Positions 40,849-49,306 of a stretch of DNA of 64,000 nt are shown piece by piece. The DNA is from an uncultured bacterium. Lineage in GTDB: Bacteria > Fidelibacterota > Marinisomatia > Marinisomatales > UBA1611. Within the stretch, counting starts at the first letter, position 1. Every line of letters begins with the position of its first letter. The stretch spans positions 96,001 to 160,000 of the forward strand of contig CALSPG010000005.1 in NCBI GenBank assembly GCA_943788175.1, given 5' to 3'. The notes beneath the pieces are model-generated. The model had not been told where the DNA came from. It saw only the letters and a list, made by a program, of their open reading frames with translations, and made no database searches. The position numbers were made by a program, and so were the translations under genes.

Positions 40849-42836
40849 TAAATATTGTAAATATTTCTAGGAGACTAAAATATTTATTTGGTATTACAAT
40901 TTTATCTTGGTCTTTATTTATAGTTCTACGTTTTTCTTTCTTCTTTCTTTTTTATGAACCTTCCAGCTTAATAGACATTTTAAAAAGCTTTTGGATTGGT
41001 ATTAGGTTTGATTTGAGGCTAGCTATTCTTTTGTCATTGCCCTGTTTGATTATTACTATTGGCCCTATAGTTAAATATTGGAAGTTTTCTTATACAGTTG
41101 TTGCTGCAAATTGGACTTACTCATTAGCATTAACATCAGCAATTTTTTTTTACATTTTTGATTTTGCGACCTATGGTTATACTCAACAAAGAATTGACAT
41201 AACCGTTTTTACATTATTGGAAAACTTTACTATATCATTAGGAATGATATGGGAATCTTATCCGGTCATACGATTGTTATTACTCGTATTAATACTATGC
41301 GCACTTTTTATTAAAATTCACAACTGGTTAATAGATGTAACATTAAAAAAGAAGAAAGTTTTTCAAACTAAATATCAGAAAAGTTTTCAACTCATATTAT
41401 GTTTTTTTATATATATATTCGGTTTTTGGGGCACAATTTCTCAATATATGTTGTTGTGGAGCGATGCATTTTTTAGCAGGAGTGCTTTCATTTCTGCCTT
41501 AGCGTTAAATCCTGTTTTATATTTTTATGATACAACAACTTTTCAAGAAGCTGATTTTGAAATAGATAAAGTAAAGGAATCCTATCCTATTATTTCAAAT
41601 TATTTAGGAACGACTAACCCAGATATAAATAATTTAAACTATGTCAGAGAGATTGAACCAAGCATAAAATTGAGCAATCATCCTAATGTAGTGATAATAT
41701 TTATGGAATCAGTTGGTTTAAATAGGTTGGGTATTGCTGGAAATCCGTTAAAGGCGACTCCTTTTCTTGATAGTCTCTCATCTAATGGAATATTCTCTCC
41801 AAAATTTTATATACCTTGGGTCAGTACTTCTAGATCTGTTTTTACGATGCTTACAGGAATTCCAGATGTTGCAAGAAGAACATCATCAAGGAATCCGATT
41901 ATCAGAGATCAATATAGTATTATTTCAGAATTTGAAGATTATGAAAAATATTATATGATAGGCGGAAGCGCTAGCTGGGCCAATATTAGAAGCCTAGTAT
42001 CTTATAACATAAAACAAATGAAGCTGATCGAAATGGATGATATAAATCGACCGAGAGTGGACGTTTGGGGAGTATCTGACCTAGATTTATTCAAAGAAGC
42101 AGACAATATCCTCAAAAATAAAAAAGAGTTATCTAAACCAAGCTTTATAATCATTCAAACAGCCGGGAATCATCGTCCCTATACAATCCCTGACGACAAT
42201 GACGGTTTCATTGTAAATAATATAAAAAAAGATAGTCTTAACAAAGCTGGTTTTAAATCAGTTGAGCAGTTTAATGCAATGAGACTTTTAGATCACTCTA
42301 TAGGAACGTTTTTTGAATTAGCAAAAGAGTCATCCTACTATGAAAACACTATATTTGTCTTATTTGGGGATCATGGTACAGCTGACCCTCAGGCAGAACA
42401 TATGGGCCTTGAAGATTACGAACTTAAATTAAGGTCTTATAATGTCCCATTAATAATTTTTTCTCCAAAAATAATTCAGAATCCACAGATAATAAACCGG
42501 GCATCAGGTTTATCTGATTTGATACCCACGATTGCAGGTCTGTGTAAAATACCATATATGAATAAGACAATTGGAAGAGATCTTTTAAGTTCTGATAATA
42601 ATCTTGCATTCTTAGTAAATAAAAAAATGAATCCAACCAGCTATGGAGTAATAGATGACCAATTTTATTTAAGAGTTTTTCGTGATGGGTCTGGATATGA
42701 ACTGCATAATATTTTAGATAAAAATCCTATAAAAAATGTCAGAAGCATTTTTCCAAATGAAGCGGATTCATTAAAGAAGATAGCTGATGCCATTTATCAC
42801 ACATCAAAGTATATGTTATATCACAATAACAATTAA
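40845..42836 (+). CDS. LTA synthase family / membrane-anchored sulfatase-fold phosphotransferase
   Basis: About five N-terminal TMs (GIRFDLR), NVVIIFMES, TPFLD, STSRS (putative catalytic Thr), WGVSD, NHRPY, GDHG. Confidence 0.85.
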   Translation: MINIVNISRRLKYLFGITILSWSLFIVLRFSFFFLFYEPSSLIDILKSFWIGIRFDLRLAILLSLPCLIITIGPIVKYWKFSYTVVAANWTYSLALTSAIFFYIFDFATYGYTQQRIDITVFTLLENFTISLGMIWESYPVIRLLLLVLILCALFIKIHNWLIDVTLKKKKVFQTKYQKSFQLILCFFIYIFGFWGTISQYMLLWSDAFFSRSAFISALALNPVLYFYDTTTFQEADFEIDKVKESYPIISNYLGTTNPDINNLNYVREIEPSIKLSNHPNVVIIFMESVGLNRLGIAGNPLKATPFLDSLSSNGIFSPKFYIPWVSTSRSVFTMLTGIPDVARRTSSRNPIIRDQYSIISEFEDYEKYYMIGGSASWANIRSLVSYNIKQMKLIEMDDINRPRVDVWGVSDLDLFKEADNILKNKKELSKPSFIIIQTAGNHRPYTIPDDNDGFIVNNIKKDSLNKAGFKSVEQFNAMRLLDHSIGTFFELAKESSYYENTIFVLFGDHGTADPQAEHMGLEDYELKLRSYNVPLIIFSPKIIQNPQIINRASGLSDLIPTIAGLCKIPYMNKTIGRDLLSSDNNLAFLVNKKMNPTSYGVIDDQFYLRVFRDGSGYELHNILDKNPIKNVRSIFPNEADSLKKIADAIYHTSKYMLYHNNN

Positions 42837-42892
42837 TTTTATATATTCTACTATATACTAAGTTTGTAAATAATCAAGTTAGGCAGGTTTAA

Positions 42893-43348
42893 ATGTTATC
42901 TATTGGATCAAGTGCTCCTGAGTTTCAACTTAATGATCAGGATGGGAATACAGTAAATATTAAAGATTTTGAGGGTCAAAAAGTTTTACTTTGGTTCTAT
43001 CCAAAAGCAAGTACACCTGGCTGAACTATCCAAGGTCAAGGGCTCCGGGATGAGTTCAAAAATTTTGAAAAAAATAATACAGTAGTGCTTGGAATGAGCG
43101 CTGATTCAATAAAAGCTCAAAAGAATTTTTGTACCAAACAAGAGTTCCCATTTCAATTATTATCTGATCCTGAGAAAGAAACAATAAAATCATATGGAGC
43201 AATAGGTTTAAAGAAGATGTATGGTAGAGAATATGAAGGAATTCTTAGAATAGCTTATTTGATTGATGAAAATAGTAAAATAGAAAAAGTTTATGAAAAA
43301 GTTAGTCCAAAGACTCATGCTGGTGAGGTTTTAAAAGACTTAGCTTGA
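42893..43348 (+). CDS. bcp: BCP/PrxQ peroxiredoxin with in-frame UGA at the peroxidatic position (probable selenocysteine), 151 aa
   Basis: ATG 42893 after AGGCAGG. Translation is MLSIGSSAPEFQLNDQDGNTVNIKDFEGQKVLLWFYPKASTPG-UGA(43022-43024, codon 44)-TIQGQGLRDEF..., in frame with track ORF 43085..43348. This gives the PxxxTxxC motif with U in place of C. Confidence 0.92.
43022..43067 (+). promoter_or_regulatory. Candidate bacterial SECIS element
   Basis: Downstream of the UGA: lower stem CAAGGT/ATTTTG, internal loop, upper stem GGGCTC(43040-45)/GAGTTC(43052-57), apical loop CGGGAT. An alternative 10-bp fold, TGAACT-ATCC / GGAT-G-AGTTCA, is also possible. The region is locally GC-rich in an AT-rich gene. 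Confidence 0.7.
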
Positions 43349-43351
43349 TTG

Positions 43352-44272
43352 CTATTGATTATTAATTATTAGATAGTTGTCTTGGAATGACATGAACCCT
43401 TCTTCTAAATAACCACTCATTAGAGAGTGCCCTTTAATCCAAAGCTCATTTTTTTTGACTACAAAATCTGTAAGATGGATTGGATTATTTTTAACTGCTA
43501 ACACAGCGCTATTTTCTTTACAAAGTGCGATATCGTTTACTTTAAAGTTTTCAATGTTTTCCCAGTCTTTACGCAATCGATAGCCTCGTTTTTGATCTAT
43601 CTCATCATAAGTAAATGTGTAATGAGGATCTTTTTTTGTAAATGGGCACATAGTATAAATGGGTAAAATCGCACAAATAACGACCCAAAAAGTCGAGTTT
43701 GCTTTCAAGTCGCAATAAAAATTCATGCCGGATCTTAGGTCCAGAGCTTTTTGTATACTATTTGCATTAACAAGTAAGCTGTAGTGTGATAAAAAAATAC
43801 TTTTATCCTCTGTTATCATAATGACGGCGGTTTCATCTAATAAAGCTTTGTATTTCGGAATAAAAACCGGGGAGTATGACAATATGGCTTTTTTAAAATC
43901 AATTCCAAATTTTATTCTTTTTGCGCCTAATTTTTTATTTATTTTGACATTACTTTTTTCAAGAAAAATACCTTTTGCTCCCATGTGCCATAGACCATAA
44001 AGTAATAATAATGACTGCAAAGATGAATTTTCTTCAATTATAACATTATCTTTTGGATTAATACCTTGCTCAGTTAGCCAATTAGCCATCTTTTGAATGA
44101 GTTGATAGAATTCAATATTTTTAAGATTATAATCACTAAAAATACTTTTTTCTCCAAATTTAATTATTTGACCCTCAATTATTGCTTGGGTGCCAGGGTA
44201 GGGGATCATGTATTCTATTGGCTCTATATTGCCAATAGTTTGCGCTTTGTATAATTGAGTTTCTAAATTCAT
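43352..44272 (-). CDS. Degenerate, shortened AMP-binding (acyl-CoA synthetase-like) protein
   Basis: ANL-fold remnants: EFYQLIQKMANWL...GINPKDNV, LSHYSLLVNA, ELWIKGHSLMSGYL. There is no TSGTTG loop and no C-terminal domain. Confidence 0.6.
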   Translation of the reverse strand: MNLETQLYKAQTIGNIEPIEYMIPYPGTQAIIEGQIIKFGEKSIFSDYNLKNIEFYQLIQKMANWLTEQGINPKDNVIIEENSSLQSLLLLYGLWHMGAKGIFLEKSNVKINKKLGAKRIKFGIDFKKAILSYSPVFIPKYKALLDETAVIMITEDKSIFLSHYSLLVNANSIQKALDLRSGMNFYCDLKANSTFWVVICAILPIYTMCPFTKKDPHYTFTYDEIDQKRGYRLRKDWENIENFKVNDIALCKENSAVLAVKNNPIHLTDFVVKKNELWIKGHSLMSGYLEEGFMSFQDNYLIINNQ

Positions 44273-44314
44273 GTTATTGATAGGAAGTTATAAAAATAAA
44301 TTCCGTAAATAAGG

Positions 44315-44938
44315 TTACTTTTCAGGCTTAACTTTTCTAGTTATCTGAAAATTATCAGTAGGCCGTGTATACCAGTCACCTGCTAATCTCCCGATAGGTT
44401 CTAATTTTTCAATATCGATTTTATTATTGGATATTATACTATCATCTATGTGAAATAATACAATGCTTCCGATGACAATAAATCCGCTACCCGCAGTTCC
44501 GTCCCCTATCTCAACGATTTGATTTAGATTACATTCAAGACTTATTTTTGCTTCTTTCAGTATTGGCGGAATAATCTTTTTTGATTTTGAGGTACTTAAA
44601 CCAGAAATCTCAAATTCATTAATATTACTATCATAATCTGTTGAGCATTCAACCATTTGCTGAGCAAATGACTCAGAAACTATATTGACTGTAAACTCTT
44701 TTGTGTCTCTTATGTTAACTAAAGTATCCTTTTCTTTTCCATCCCACCCTCTTCGAGCAGGCGCAAACATGATGGTTGGTGGATTAGAACAAACACCGTT
44801 AAAGTATGAAAAGGGTGCAATGTTATCAACTTTTTTTAAACTAGTTGTACCTACAAATGCAATCGGTCTTGGGACAATTGATCCAATCATCAGCTTATGT
44901 GTTTCCTGAAATGTTATCTTATCTGGGTCATAAATCAT
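44315..44938 (-). CDS. Flavin reductase-like FMN-binding split-barrel protein
   Basis: GSIVPRPIAFV, NIAPFSYFN, KDTLVNI..TKEFTVNIV, IGRLAG.WY. Confidence 0.9.
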   Translation of the reverse strand: MIYDPDKITFQETHKLMIGSIVPRPIAFVGTTSLKKVDNIAPFSYFNGVCSNPPTIMFAPARRGWDGKEKDTLVNIRDTKEFTVNIVSESFAQQMVECSTDYDSNINEFEISGLSTSKSKKIIPPILKEAKISLECNLNQIVEIGDGTAGSGFIVIGSIVLFHIDDSIISNNKIDIEKLEPIGRLAGDWYTRPTDNFQITRKVKPEK

Positions 44939-44941
44939 AAG

Positions 44942-46087
44942 CTAAGAATTCCAAGAATAGATATATTTTTCATCTTCGATTTTTTGCGAATCAGTTGTTA
45001 AGTCTACTGGTTTAAAAGTATCTATCATAACAGCAAACTCTTTAGTCTCTTTTGCCCCAATAGATTCTTCGATTTTTCCTGGCTGTGGCCCGTGTGTTAA
45101 GCCCATGGGATGATAAGTTATCGATTCTGGTTCAACACCTTTCCTGCTCATGAATTTCCCGTCGACATAATATATAATTTCTTCGGAGTCTACATTACTA
45201 TGAGCGTAAGGAGCGGGTATTGAATTTTTATGGTAATCATATAACCTAGGCACAAAAGAACAAACGACGAAGCCTTTAGATTGAAACGTTTGATGAACGG
45301 GAGGTGGTTGATGAATTTTCCCAGTAATTGGCATGAATTCTTTAATGTTTATTTTCCAAGGATAATAATATCCATCCCAGCCAATTATATCAAAAGGGTG
45401 ATTTTGATATTCATAAGATTGAAAACATTCCCCGTACTTAACATCAATTAACGTATTTTGTTCTAAAGACGGTTCATCGTGTTGAGGGGTTATAATATCT
45501 CGTTCAGTAAATGGTGAATGCTCTAATAGTTGACCGAATTTATTTCTGTAGCGTTCAGGTGTTTCAATTGGTTCTTTTGATTCAATGACTAATATTTTTA
45601 ATGGGGAATTAATTTTCATTTTCCATATCACGCCTCTTGGAATAACTACATAATCTCCATAGACTATATCAAAACTCCCAAAATTTGTTTGTAAGGTGCC
45701 TTCCCCGGCACTAATAAACAACAATTCGTCAGCATAAGCATTTTTATAAAGAGTATCCATTGACTTATCGACATGACATTTGGAAATTACTAAATCAGCA
45801 TTCAGAAATAGTGTTTTTCGAGAAAATACAGCATCTCCCTCACTTTTAATATTTGATGTTTTTAAATGATAATGTTTATTTATTTTTTCGATTACATCAA
45901 TTTCATTTTTGGTTTTAGAACCTAAATTTTTTACTGCAGTTGGTGGGTTTATATGATATACATTTGAGTACATGTGGCTAAAACCATTTCTGCTAATTAG
46001 CTCTTCCCAAAAAAGATTTTTATTTTCATCTCTAAATTCAGTGTGTTTTTTTTGTGGTATTTCTCCTCTTTTTTGATAGAATGGCAT
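44942..46087 (-). CDS. hmgA: Homogentisate 1,2-dioxygenase
   Basis: MPFY...G.IP.K.H, HPFDIIGWDG, IHQPPPVH, PYAHSNVDSEE, HPMGLTHGPQPG; lies in the hppD operon. Confidence 0.92.
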   Translation of the reverse strand: MPFYQKRGEIPQKKHTEFRDENKNLFWEELISRNGFSHMYSNVYHINPPTAVKNLGSKTKNEIDVIEKINKHYHLKTSNIKSEGDAVFSRKTLFLNADLVISKCHVDKSMDTLYKNAYADELLFISAGEGTLQTNFGSFDIVYGDYVVIPRGVIWKMKINSPLKILVIESKEPIETPERYRNKFGQLLEHSPFTERDIITPQHDEPSLEQNTLIDVKYGECFQSYEYQNHPFDIIGWDGYYYPWKINIKEFMPITGKIHQPPPVHQTFQSKGFVVCSFVPRLYDYHKNSIPAPYAHSNVDSEEIIYYVDGKFMSRKGVEPESITYHPMGLTHGPQPGKIEESIGAKETKEFAVMIDTFKPVDLTTDSQKIEDEKYIYSWNS

Positions 46088-46093
46088 AATTAA

Positions 46094-47059
46094 TTATATA
46101 ATTTTATTTTCTAAAATTCCTAGTTTTTCAATTTCCATTGTAACAGTGTCACCTTTTTTTATCCAACCACCTGTATTCTCAGGTCGTAATTCTAGGATGC
46201 ATCCAGTACCAACCGTTCCAGAACCGATGTATTCTCCAGGGACTACTTTTGTGTTCATACTTGCACGCTCAATCATATCACCAAAGGAGTGATAAAGATC
46301 ATTTGTGTTTCCATCTGAAATAAGTTTACCGTTTACATGGCAGGTCATTCTTAAATGCAATTTTCCTTTTTCATCCCAATCATTTTCAATTTCATCTGGA
46401 GTAACCATATAAGGACCAAAACTAGATGCAAAGTCTTTCCCTTTTGCAGGGCCGAGACTCATAGGCATTTCTTCTCTTTGGAGATTTCTAGAAGACCAGT
46501 CATTTAAAATTGTATAACCAGCGATGACACTTTTTGCATTTTCAGATTTAATATTAGAACCACCATTACCTATAACAATTGCAAATTCTAACTCATAATC
46601 AAGTTCAGTCGTCGCAAGTGGATATGGAATATCTTGATTATGTCCAAAACAACAGTTCGGGTTTGAAAAATAAAATATAGCTAGTTTATACCAATCTGGA
46701 TTCATTTCTAAGCCTCTGAGTTTTCTTGCAGCACGAACATGTTGCTCAAACGCATAAAAGTCTCTAAAAGCAGGCGGATTAGGAACCGGTGGTAGAATGA
46801 TTGCATCGGATTCTTTTACAGAGAATTGGCGGTGATCGAGTTGCTTTACTTTGTCCTCTAATTCTTTGAGTAATAAAAAATTCTTATCCCATTCATGGAG
46901 CGCACTTTTTAACGATCGCGGTATAGATAAAAATTTTTCATCTTTAAGTTTTTCATTGATGAATTTAGAAGAGTCATAAATATTAATTATGCTATCATCC
47001 ATCTTAAATCCAAAGATCTGTTCAGAGTCTAATTGTCTTTTATAAGTTAATAACTTCAT
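46094..47059 (-). CDS. Fumarylacetoacetate hydrolase family protein
   Basis: RDFYAFEQH, LDYELE, ILNDWS.R, KGKDFA, GSGTVG. Likely start is ATG 47059 (MKLLTYK), 4 nt after the hppD stop, not the track start at 47134. Confidence 0.9.
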   Translation of the reverse strand: MKLLTYKRQLDSEQIFGFKMDDSIINIYDSSKFINEKLKDEKFLSIPRSLKSALHEWDKNFLLLKELEDKVKQLDHRQFSVKESDAIILPPVPNPPAFRDFYAFEQHVRAARKLRGLEMNPDWYKLAIFYFSNPNCCFGHNQDIPYPLATTELDYELEFAIVIGNGGSNIKSENAKSVIAGYTILNDWSSRNLQREEMPMSLGPAKGKDFASSFGPYMVTPDEIENDWDEKGKLHLRMTCHVNGKLISDGNTNDLYHSFGDMIERASMNTKVVPGEYIGSGTVGTGCILELRPENTGGWIKKGDTVTMEIEKLGILENKII

Positions 47060-47063
47060 TAGG

Positions 47064-48152
47064 TTAAAGATTCCCTCGTTGGCTTTGTTGTCTTTCAATT
47101 GATTCAAATAATGCTTTAAAGTTCCCTTTACCAAAGCTGTTCGAACCTTTTCTTTGAATTATTTCATAAAATAAGGTTGGCCGGTCTTGTATCGGTTTCG
47201 TAAATATTTGTAGCATATATCCTTTTTCATCTCTGTCTACTAAAATACCTAATTCAGCTATTGCATCCAGATCTTCTTCAATATCATCTATTCTTTTTGA
47301 TAAGTCTTCATAATAAGATTTAGGTGTAGGTAGAAACTGAACTCCATTTGATTTTAATTTTTTTACAGTACTAACTATATCTTTTGTGGACATTGCGATA
47401 TGTTGAACCCCTGGGCCATTGTAAAAGTCGATGTACTCTTGGATTTGGGACTTTTTCAAACCATTTGCAGGTTCATTAATGGGCATTTTTACTATTTCAT
47501 TTTCATTTGACATTACAATAGATCTGAGTGAGCTGTATTTTGTAGAAACGTCTTTATCGTCAACAGACCAAAATCGATGCCAACCAAAAATTTTTTCATA
47601 AAATTCACAAACCTTTTTCATATCACCATCCGGTTGGTTTCCAACCACATGATCAATGTGAATGATACCAGTAGAAATATCAGTGTTTGGTGTTTGAATC
47701 TTTTCATAACCAGGTAAAAATGAGCCTTTATATTTAGACCTATCAATAAAAGTGTGTGTTGTGTCTCCGTATGTTTGGATGGTTGCAGTTACTGCTTCAC
47801 CATAACGGTCTTGAATAATTTTTGGTTTTATTACGCTTTTTGCTCCTTTACTAGTCGTTTCTCTCCACGCTTTTTCTGCATCATTTACCGAAAAAGAAAT
47901 ATCCTTTACGCCGTCACCATGTTGATCTATATGTCTACCAATATCAGTTCCTGGAATTAATGGCGAGCTTAGAACAAATTTGACCTGATTCTGTTGCATA
48001 ACATAACTGACTTTTTCACGACTTCCCGTTTCAAGTCCCGAATACGAAACAGGTTTAAATCCAAGAGCATGCTGGTAGTAATATGCAGCTTGTTTTGCAT
48101 TGCCAACATATAATTCGCAATGGTCAAAACCGCTAATTTTAAAATTTTCCAT
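47064..48152 (-). CDS. hppD: 4-hydroxyphenylpyruvate dioxygenase
   Basis: HGDGVKD, IDHVVGN, PINEP, SQIQEY, GVQHIA, FYEIIQR, FGKGNFKALF. Confidence 0.98.
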   Translation of the reverse strand: MENFKISGFDHCELYVGNAKQAAYYYQHALGFKPVSYSGLETGSREKVSYVMQQNQVKFVLSSPLIPGTDIGRHIDQHGDGVKDISFSVNDAEKAWRETTSKGAKSVIKPKIIQDRYGEAVTATIQTYGDTTHTFIDRSKYKGSFLPGYEKIQTPNTDISTGIIHIDHVVGNQPDGDMKKVCEFYEKIFGWHRFWSVDDKDVSTKYSSLRSIVMSNENEIVKMPINEPANGLKKSQIQEYIDFYNGPGVQHIAMSTKDIVSTVKKLKSNGVQFLPTPKSYYEDLSKRIDDIEEDLDAIAELGILVDRDEKGYMLQIFTKPIQDRPTLFYEIIQRKGSNSFGKGNFKALFESIERQQSQRGNL

Positions 48153-48160
48153 ATATTATT

Positions 48161-49249
48161 TTAGTGGATGATAGCTTTTAAAGCATTAAGTAAAGTTATG
48201 TTTTCTTCAGGTGTTCCGATAGATATTCTAATACAGTTTTGCCATCCAAATGCGGACAGTTTTCGAACAATAATACCTTTATTTAAAAGTTTAGTTACGA
48301 TTACATCAGCATCATTGCTATTATTCCATATTGTAGTGATAAAATTTGTATAGCTAACAATGAATTTAATATCTAAGGATTTGAACTCGTTTAATAAATA
48401 CTCTCTTCCTTTTTGATTCTCGCGAACAGTTTTTTCTAAAAAATCAGTGTCATCAAGTGCTGCTATCCCAGCAGCTTGAGCTGGCATAGATGGCTCAAAT
48501 GGGGCTTTTACTTTATTTAGGTTCTCTATGAGATCTTTGTGAGCCAATCCATAACCTAATCGCAAACCACCAAGTCCATATGCTTTAGAGAAGGTTCTTA
48601 AAGTAATCACATTATCATAGCGGTAGAGCATTGAATCTGGATAATCAGATTGGTGTTTAGCATATTCATAATAGGCTTCGTCAAGAATAATCAAGACTCT
48701 GTCAGGTACATGATTATAAAAAGCGTCAAAGTCAGACTTAGTAACGTATGTTCCCATTGGGTTATCAGGGTTAGCTATATATATTATCTTTGTATAATCT
48801 GTGATTTTTTTTGCCATTTCTTGAAGATCATATCTTCGCTCTTTCATTGGCACCCAAATTATTTTTCTTCCTGATGCATTTGCTAGAACACGAAAACCAA
48901 TAAAAGATCCTTCTGTCCCAATTATTTCATCCTCATCCAATAAGAACGTCCTCATTATTGTTGACATTATACCCTCAGAACCGGAACCAATAGTAACATT
49001 TTCTATCTTGACCTTAAATTTTTTTGCTAGTTTACTTCTAAGTTGATATCCAGATGCATCTGGATATCTATTCAAGTTTTTATATGTTTTTTCAATCGCC
49101 TTTATTGCGAGGGGGCTAGGTCCATGAGGGTTTTCATTCGAGGATAGTTTTATATATTTTATTCCATCGTCATTCAACTCTGCTTCTTGAATTGACTTCC
49201 CTGGTTTATACTTTTTGAGTTTTTTTATATAAGATGGTACTAATGGCAT
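48161..49249 (-). CDS. Histidinol-phosphate aminotransferase-family PLP enzyme; by context a probable aromatic amino acid aminotransferase
   Basis: KLSSNENP, RYPD, NPDNPMG, DEAYYEY, RTFSKAYGLGGLRLGY; first gene of the hppD-FAH-hmgA operon. Confidence 0.88.
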   Translation of the reverse strand: MPLVPSYIKKLKKYKPGKSIQEAELNDDGIKYIKLSSNENPHGPSPLAIKAIEKTYKNLNRYPDASGYQLRSKLAKKFKVKIENVTIGSGSEGIMSTIMRTFLLDEDEIIGTEGSFIGFRVLANASGRKIIWVPMKERRYDLQEMAKKITDYTKIIYIANPDNPMGTYVTKSDFDAFYNHVPDRVLIILDEAYYEYAKHQSDYPDSMLYRYDNVITLRTFSKAYGLGGLRLGYGLAHKDLIENLNKVKAPFEPSMPAQAAGIAALDDTDFLEKTVRENQKGREYLLNEFKSLDIKFIVSYTNFITTIWNNSNDADVIVTKLLNKGIIVRKLSAFGWQNCIRISIGTPEENITLLNALKAIIH

Positions 49250-49306
49250 ATTAGAATACTTTAGACTTAAAGTCAGACTCCTTTAAATTAGATATGTTCA
49301 ATATTA

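Noticed and set aside
43022-43024. UGA reassigned genome-wide (genetic code 4 or 25) as the explanation for the bcp in-frame stop
   Set aside because: TGA is the normal stop of kdsC, lptC, hflC, radA and tgt at their expected ends, and no other gene here needs TGA read-through. Trp or Gly at the peroxidatic position would also inactivate the enzyme.
43085-43348. Track ORF of 87 aa as a standalone gene
   Set aside because: It is the C-terminal part of the BCP gene that starts at 42893.
47060-47134. Track start of the FAH gene inside hppD
   Set aside because: ATG 47059, just after the hppD stop, is more plausible and matches the usual MKL.T N-terminus.
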